A DNA stretch of 64,000 nucleotides from Spirochaetia bacterium (GTDB taxonomy: Bacteria; Spirochaetota; Spirochaetia; SZUA-6; Bin103). The DNA lies in NCBI GenBank assembly GCA_965203055.1, contig OZ241863.1:3648001-3712000 (forward strand), in the 5' to 3' direction. Position 1 is the first letter of the stretch. Each line of letters begins with the position of its first letter. Shown here in pieces: positions 60,668 through 64,000 of the stretch. The notes under the pieces are model-generated. The model made no database searches and was not told where the DNA came from. It saw nothing but the letters and a program-made list of their open reading frames with translations. A program made the translations under genes and the position numbers.

Positions 60668-61876
60668 TCAGCCGCCGCCGGCGGCGGCCAGCGACGGGAT
60701 GGCGACCTCGGGATCGACCTCCGCGGCGTAGTCCACTCCCGCAAGGCCGAATCCGAACAGACGCAGGAAGCTGGCGCGGTACCCCTCCAGGTCGGCCAGT
60801 TCCGCGACCGCCTGAGTGGCGCCGCCGCCCGCAAACCGCTCGAAGCGCGCCTGCACCTCGCGCTGCACGGCGGGTTCCATCTCCCAGTCGTCAAGGCGTA
60901 CCAGACCTTGCTGGTCGGTGGGAATCTCGCCGCCGCAGTAGAGCCGGTCGGCGAACAGGCGGTAACTCTGTCGGATCGCATCCTCGTGGGTGCCGCGCTG
61001 CTTCATGATGCGAAACAACAGCATCAGGTAGAGAGGGATCACCGGGATGGCGGCGCTGGACTGGGTGACCAGGGCCTTGTTGACCGAGATCAGCGAACGC
61101 GCCGGCAGCGCCTTGTCGAGGGAGCGGGCGGTACGCTCCAGGTGCTCCTTGGCGCGGCCGATCGTGCCGGCGCGATAGATGGCGTGGGTAAAGGAAGGTC
61201 CGACGTAGGTGTAGGCCACGTTGAGGCAGCGCGGGGCCAGCAGCCCGGCGCTGCGCAGCGCGTCGAGCCAACGCCGCCAGTCGTCGCCTCCCATGACCGC
61301 CGCGGTGGCGGCGATCTCGGCCTCGTCCGCGGGTTCGATGGTCACCGGCGAGACTTCGCCGCTGGCCGGGTCGATGGTGGTGCCGGTATACGGGGCGCCG
61401 ATCGGCTTGAGCACGCTGTGGTAGACCGCGCCGGTGTCCGGGTCGATGCGGCGCGGCGCCGCCACGCTGTAGATCACCAGGTCCACCTGCCCCAGGCGCT
61501 CCGCCACCAGGCTCATGGTTTGCTCGCGGACCTCGTTGGAGAAGGCATCGCCGTTGATGCTCCAGGCGCCGCGCCCGGCGGCGGCCGCCTGGCGTTCGAA
61601 TGCGGCGCTGTTGTACCAGCCCGCGGAGGCGGTGCGGCGCCGGCTGGCCAGGCGCTCGAAGAACACCCCTACGGTGTCGGCCTCGCAGGCGAAAGCCGCG
61701 GTAATGCGGGACGCCAAGCCGTAGCCGGTGGAGGCGCCAATGACCAGCGCTCGCCGGGGACCGGCGACCGCGGGACGGCTGCGCACGTATTCGATCTGTT
61801 CCGCCACGTGGGCGGCGCAGCCGCCGGGGTGAGCGGTCATGCAAATGAAGCCGCGGATCCTGGGTTCGATGATCAT
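60668..61876 (-). CDS. fabV: Enoyl-ACP reductase FabV / trans-2-enoyl-CoA reductase
   Basis: IRGFIC.TAHP.GC, GASTGYGLASRI, NGDAFS, GTIGRAK, KALVTQSS. Confidence 0.93.
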   Translation of the reverse strand: MIIEPRIRGFICMTAHPGGCAAHVAEQIEYVRSRPAVAGPRRALVIGASTGYGLASRITAAFACEADTVGVFFERLASRRRTASAGWYNSAAFERQAAAAGRGAWSINGDAFSNEVREQTMSLVAERLGQVDLVIYSVAAPRRIDPDTGAVYHSVLKPIGAPYTGTTIDPASGEVSPVTIEPADEAEIAATAAVMGGDDWRRWLDALRSAGLLAPRCLNVAYTYVGPSFTHAIYRAGTIGRAKEHLERTARSLDKALPARSLISVNKALVTQSSAAIPVIPLYLMLLFRIMKQRGTHEDAIRQSYRLFADRLYCGGEIPTDQQGLVRLDDWEMEPAVQREVQARFERFAGGGATQAVAELADLEGYRASFLRLFGFGLAGVDYAAEVDPEVAIPSLAAAGGG

Positions 61877-61934
61877 CGCGCTGCTCAATATACCTTGGGG
61901 CCGCGGCAACTGTAGGAGAAGGCGCCGCGCGCTG

Positions 61935-62675
61935 TCAAACCTCGGAGCGCGGTTCGGCGGGCGCGCCGGCGGCGTGGAGCAGCAGGCGCGCGGCGCGCGG
62001 TTGCGCCGCCAAGTAGTAGTGAGCGGTCAGGAGCCGGCGCTCGCGCGCACTGAGTTGCCAGCGAAGCGCTTCGCGCGGCAGGCGGTCGCGAATCTGCGCC
62101 AACACCACGGCCGCGGCGACGCTGACGTTGAAGCTGCGGCTGAAGCCGTGCATGGGAATGCTGATCAACTCATCCGCCGCCGCGGCCAGGAACTCGCTGA
62201 CGCCGCAGCGCTCGTTGCCGAAGGCGACGGCTACCGGCGTGCTCAGATCGAGGCGCGCCAGGGGGATGCTGCGCCCGCCGGGCACCGCGGCTGCCACGCG
62301 GTAGCCGGCCGCGCGCAGACCCGCTACGCCGGCGGCGCTGTCGTCCCAGTAGCGGGTCAGCAGCCATTTCTCGGCGCCCTGGGTCACGCGGTTGGGAGCG
62401 CGCTCGCGCGGCGCGCCGCGCGCGGGGACGACGTGCACCGCGGCAAACCCCAGGCCCTCCGCGCTGCGCAGCACGGCGGCGACGTTACCCGGGTCGCTGA
62501 GGCCCTCCAGCAGCGGCGCGACGGCGCAGGTGCGGGCCGCCACCACCTGGTCGATGCGCCGGCGCCGCGCCCGGGTAAGGGTAGGGCCGATCACTGCCAG
62601 CACCCGCTCGGCGGGTATCCCCTCCGGGGCGGGCGGATCGGCCAGCGGCAACCGCGCTGCCGGCGCGGGCTTCAT
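61935..62675 (-). CDS. trmH: TrmH/SpoU family RNA 2'-O-methyltransferase
   Basis: DPGNVAAVLRSAE, FGNERCGVS, IPMHGFSRSFNVSVA. Confidence 0.85.
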   Translation of the reverse strand: MKPAPAARLPLADPPAPEGIPAERVLAVIGPTLTRARRRRIDQVVAARTCAVAPLLEGLSDPGNVAAVLRSAEGLGFAAVHVVPARGAPRERAPNRVTQGAEKWLLTRYWDDSAAGVAGLRAAGYRVAAAVPGGRSIPLARLDLSTPVAVAFGNERCGVSEFLAAAADELISIPMHGFSRSFNVSVAAAVVLAQIRDRLPREALRWQLSARERRLLTAHYYLAAQPRAARLLLHAAGAPAEPRSEV

Positions 62676-62779
62676 GGCGCGGAAGTCTGCTCCGGCATGC
62701 CGCCCAATGGTGGCAGATTGCGCTAACTTCGCAACTGCTCCTTTTGAAGCGCCGGCGCGCAAACCCCGTTGACTGCAGT

Positions 62780-64000
62780 GTGCAAAGCGAACCGGACCCC
62801 GGCGCGACCGCGCCCGATCCCCTCAACGAGCTGGCCGCGCGCCACCTCGGAATCCCCTATCTGTTTCCCTACCAGCGCCTGGTAGTCTCCAACCTGCTGG
62901 AGGGCCGCAACCAGATCGTGGTGCTGCCCACCGGCTCCGGCAAGTCGGTATGCTTCATGTTTCCGGCCGTGGTGCTGCAGGGAGTGACCCTGGTGATACT
63001 GCCCCTGCTGGCGCTGCTGGATGACCTGCGCCGGCGCATGACCGCGGCCGGGCTGGAGGTGGCGGTGCTGCGCGGCGGACAGAGCCGCGCCGAACGCGAC
63101 CGGGCGCTGGAGCGGATCGCGGCGCGCCGCGCGCGCCTGGTGCTGACCACCCCGGAGGCGGCGCTCAGCGAGCGGCTGCTGGCCCGGTTGCAGGCCGCCG
63201 GCACCATCGAGCACCTGGTGGTAGACGAGGCGCACTGCATCAGCCAGTGGGGCGACACGTTTCGCCCCACCTATCTGCGCCTGGGGGAGCTGGTAGAGGC
63301 CCTGCAGCCGCGCGTGCTCACCGCCTTTACCGCCACCGCCACGCCGCCGGTGCTGCGCCGGATGCGCGAGGTGCTGTTTCCCGACGGCGGCGCGCACCTG
63401 GTGGCCGGCAACCCCGACCGCCCCAACATCCGCTACGCCGTGGCGCCCACCGCGGCGCCGCTGCGCCGTCTGACCAAGTTGGCGGCCACCTGTCCGCGGC
63501 CGTTGATCGTGTTCGCCCGCAGCCGGCGCGGCGCGGAGGCGATCTGCTGGCAGCTCCGGCGCCGGCTGCCCGAAGTCGGCTGCCGCTTCTACCACGCCGG
63601 CCTGAACGCGGGCGAACGCAAGCGCCTGGAACAGTGGTTCCTGACCAGCGAGGATGGCGTCCTGGTGGCCACCTCGGCGTACGGCATGGGAGTGGACAAG
63701 CCCAACATCCGCAGCGTAGTGCACCTGGAACTGCCGGAGTCGGTGGAAGCGTATCTGCAGGAGACCGGGCGCGCCGGGCGCGACGGCCAGCCGTCGCAGG
63801 CGATTCTGCTCGCCTATCGACCGGCCGGTGCGCTCGCCGGCGCGGGCGCGGCTCCCGGTGCGGAGCCGGCGGCCGCGGCGCGGCGGCTGGCGCTCGAACG
63901 TTACGCCGCCGACGCCGCCACCTGCCGGCGCGCCCAACTGCTGCGCTGCTTCGACCGCGAAGAGGTGGAGTGCAGCGGCTGCGACGTGTGCGACCGCAGC
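62780..64000 (+). CDS. recQ: RecQ-family ATP-dependent DNA helicase (runs off window end)
   Basis: Hand translation: LPTGSGKS, VDEAHCISQWGDTFRP, FTATAT, YHAGL, YGMGVDKPN, YLQETGRAGRDG, CRR...CSGCDVC; absent from ORF track because no stop in window. Confidence 0.92.
   Translation, partial: MQSEPDPGATAPDPLNELAARHLGIPYLFPYQRLVVSNLLEGRNQIVVLPTGSGKSVCFMFPAVVLQGVTLVILPLLALLDDLRRRMTAAGLEVAVLRGGQSRAERDRALERIAARRARLVLTTPEAALSERLLARLQAAGTIEHLVVDEAHCISQWGDTFRPTYLRLGELVEALQPRVLTAFTATATPPVLRRMREVLFPDGGAHLVAGNPDRPNIRYAVAPTAAPLRRLTKLAATCPRPLIVFARSRRGAEAICWQLRRRLPEVGCRFYHAGLNAGERKRLEQWFLTSEDGVLVATSAYGMGVDKPNIRSVVHLELPESVEAYLQETGRAGRDGQPSQAILLAYRPAGALAGAGAAPGAEPAAAARRLALERYAADAATCRRAQLLRCFDREEVECSGCDVCDRS

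Overview
GC-rich bacterial chromosome segment. The PstS signal peptide, FabV, ArgA and the RecQ N-terminus suggest Spirochaetota, but this is inference only. Bases 1-17,050 form a dense, mosaic anti-phage defence island. It carries a 1362-aa Type IIG/DrmMI-like restriction-methylase, an AbiE toxin-antitoxin pair with a truncated toxin, and a tandem duplication giving two McrB genes with diverged N-terminal domains but near-identical GTPase domains in front of one intact McrC. It also has an XRE-ImmA peptidase + PIN pair (RosmerTA-like) and a PD-(D/E)XK nuclease-McrB-McrC operon. The spacers between these genes hold repeated junction elements: a duplicated consensus sigma70 promoter, a 33-bp motif present three times, and a two-ORF fragment present twice in opposite orientation. 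The rest is mostly housekeeping (XPB helicase pair, argA, serC, FGE, aroA, ridA, purA, pyrG, xylA, fba, pdh genes, pstS, iorA, tkt, fabV, trmH, partial recQ). Three accessory blocks lie among these genes: a GDP-(6-deoxy)-heptose pathway cluster, a DNA methyltransferase + AlbA_2(Schlafen)/ATPase pair, and a ~6 kb island between aceE/pstS and aceF (MT-A70 methylase, glycosyltransferases, SAM methylase, IS21 remnant, phosphorothioate-type SBD-HNH nuclease). No rRNA, tRNA or CRISPR array was recognised. All family assignments come from motif recognition by eye, not database searches.
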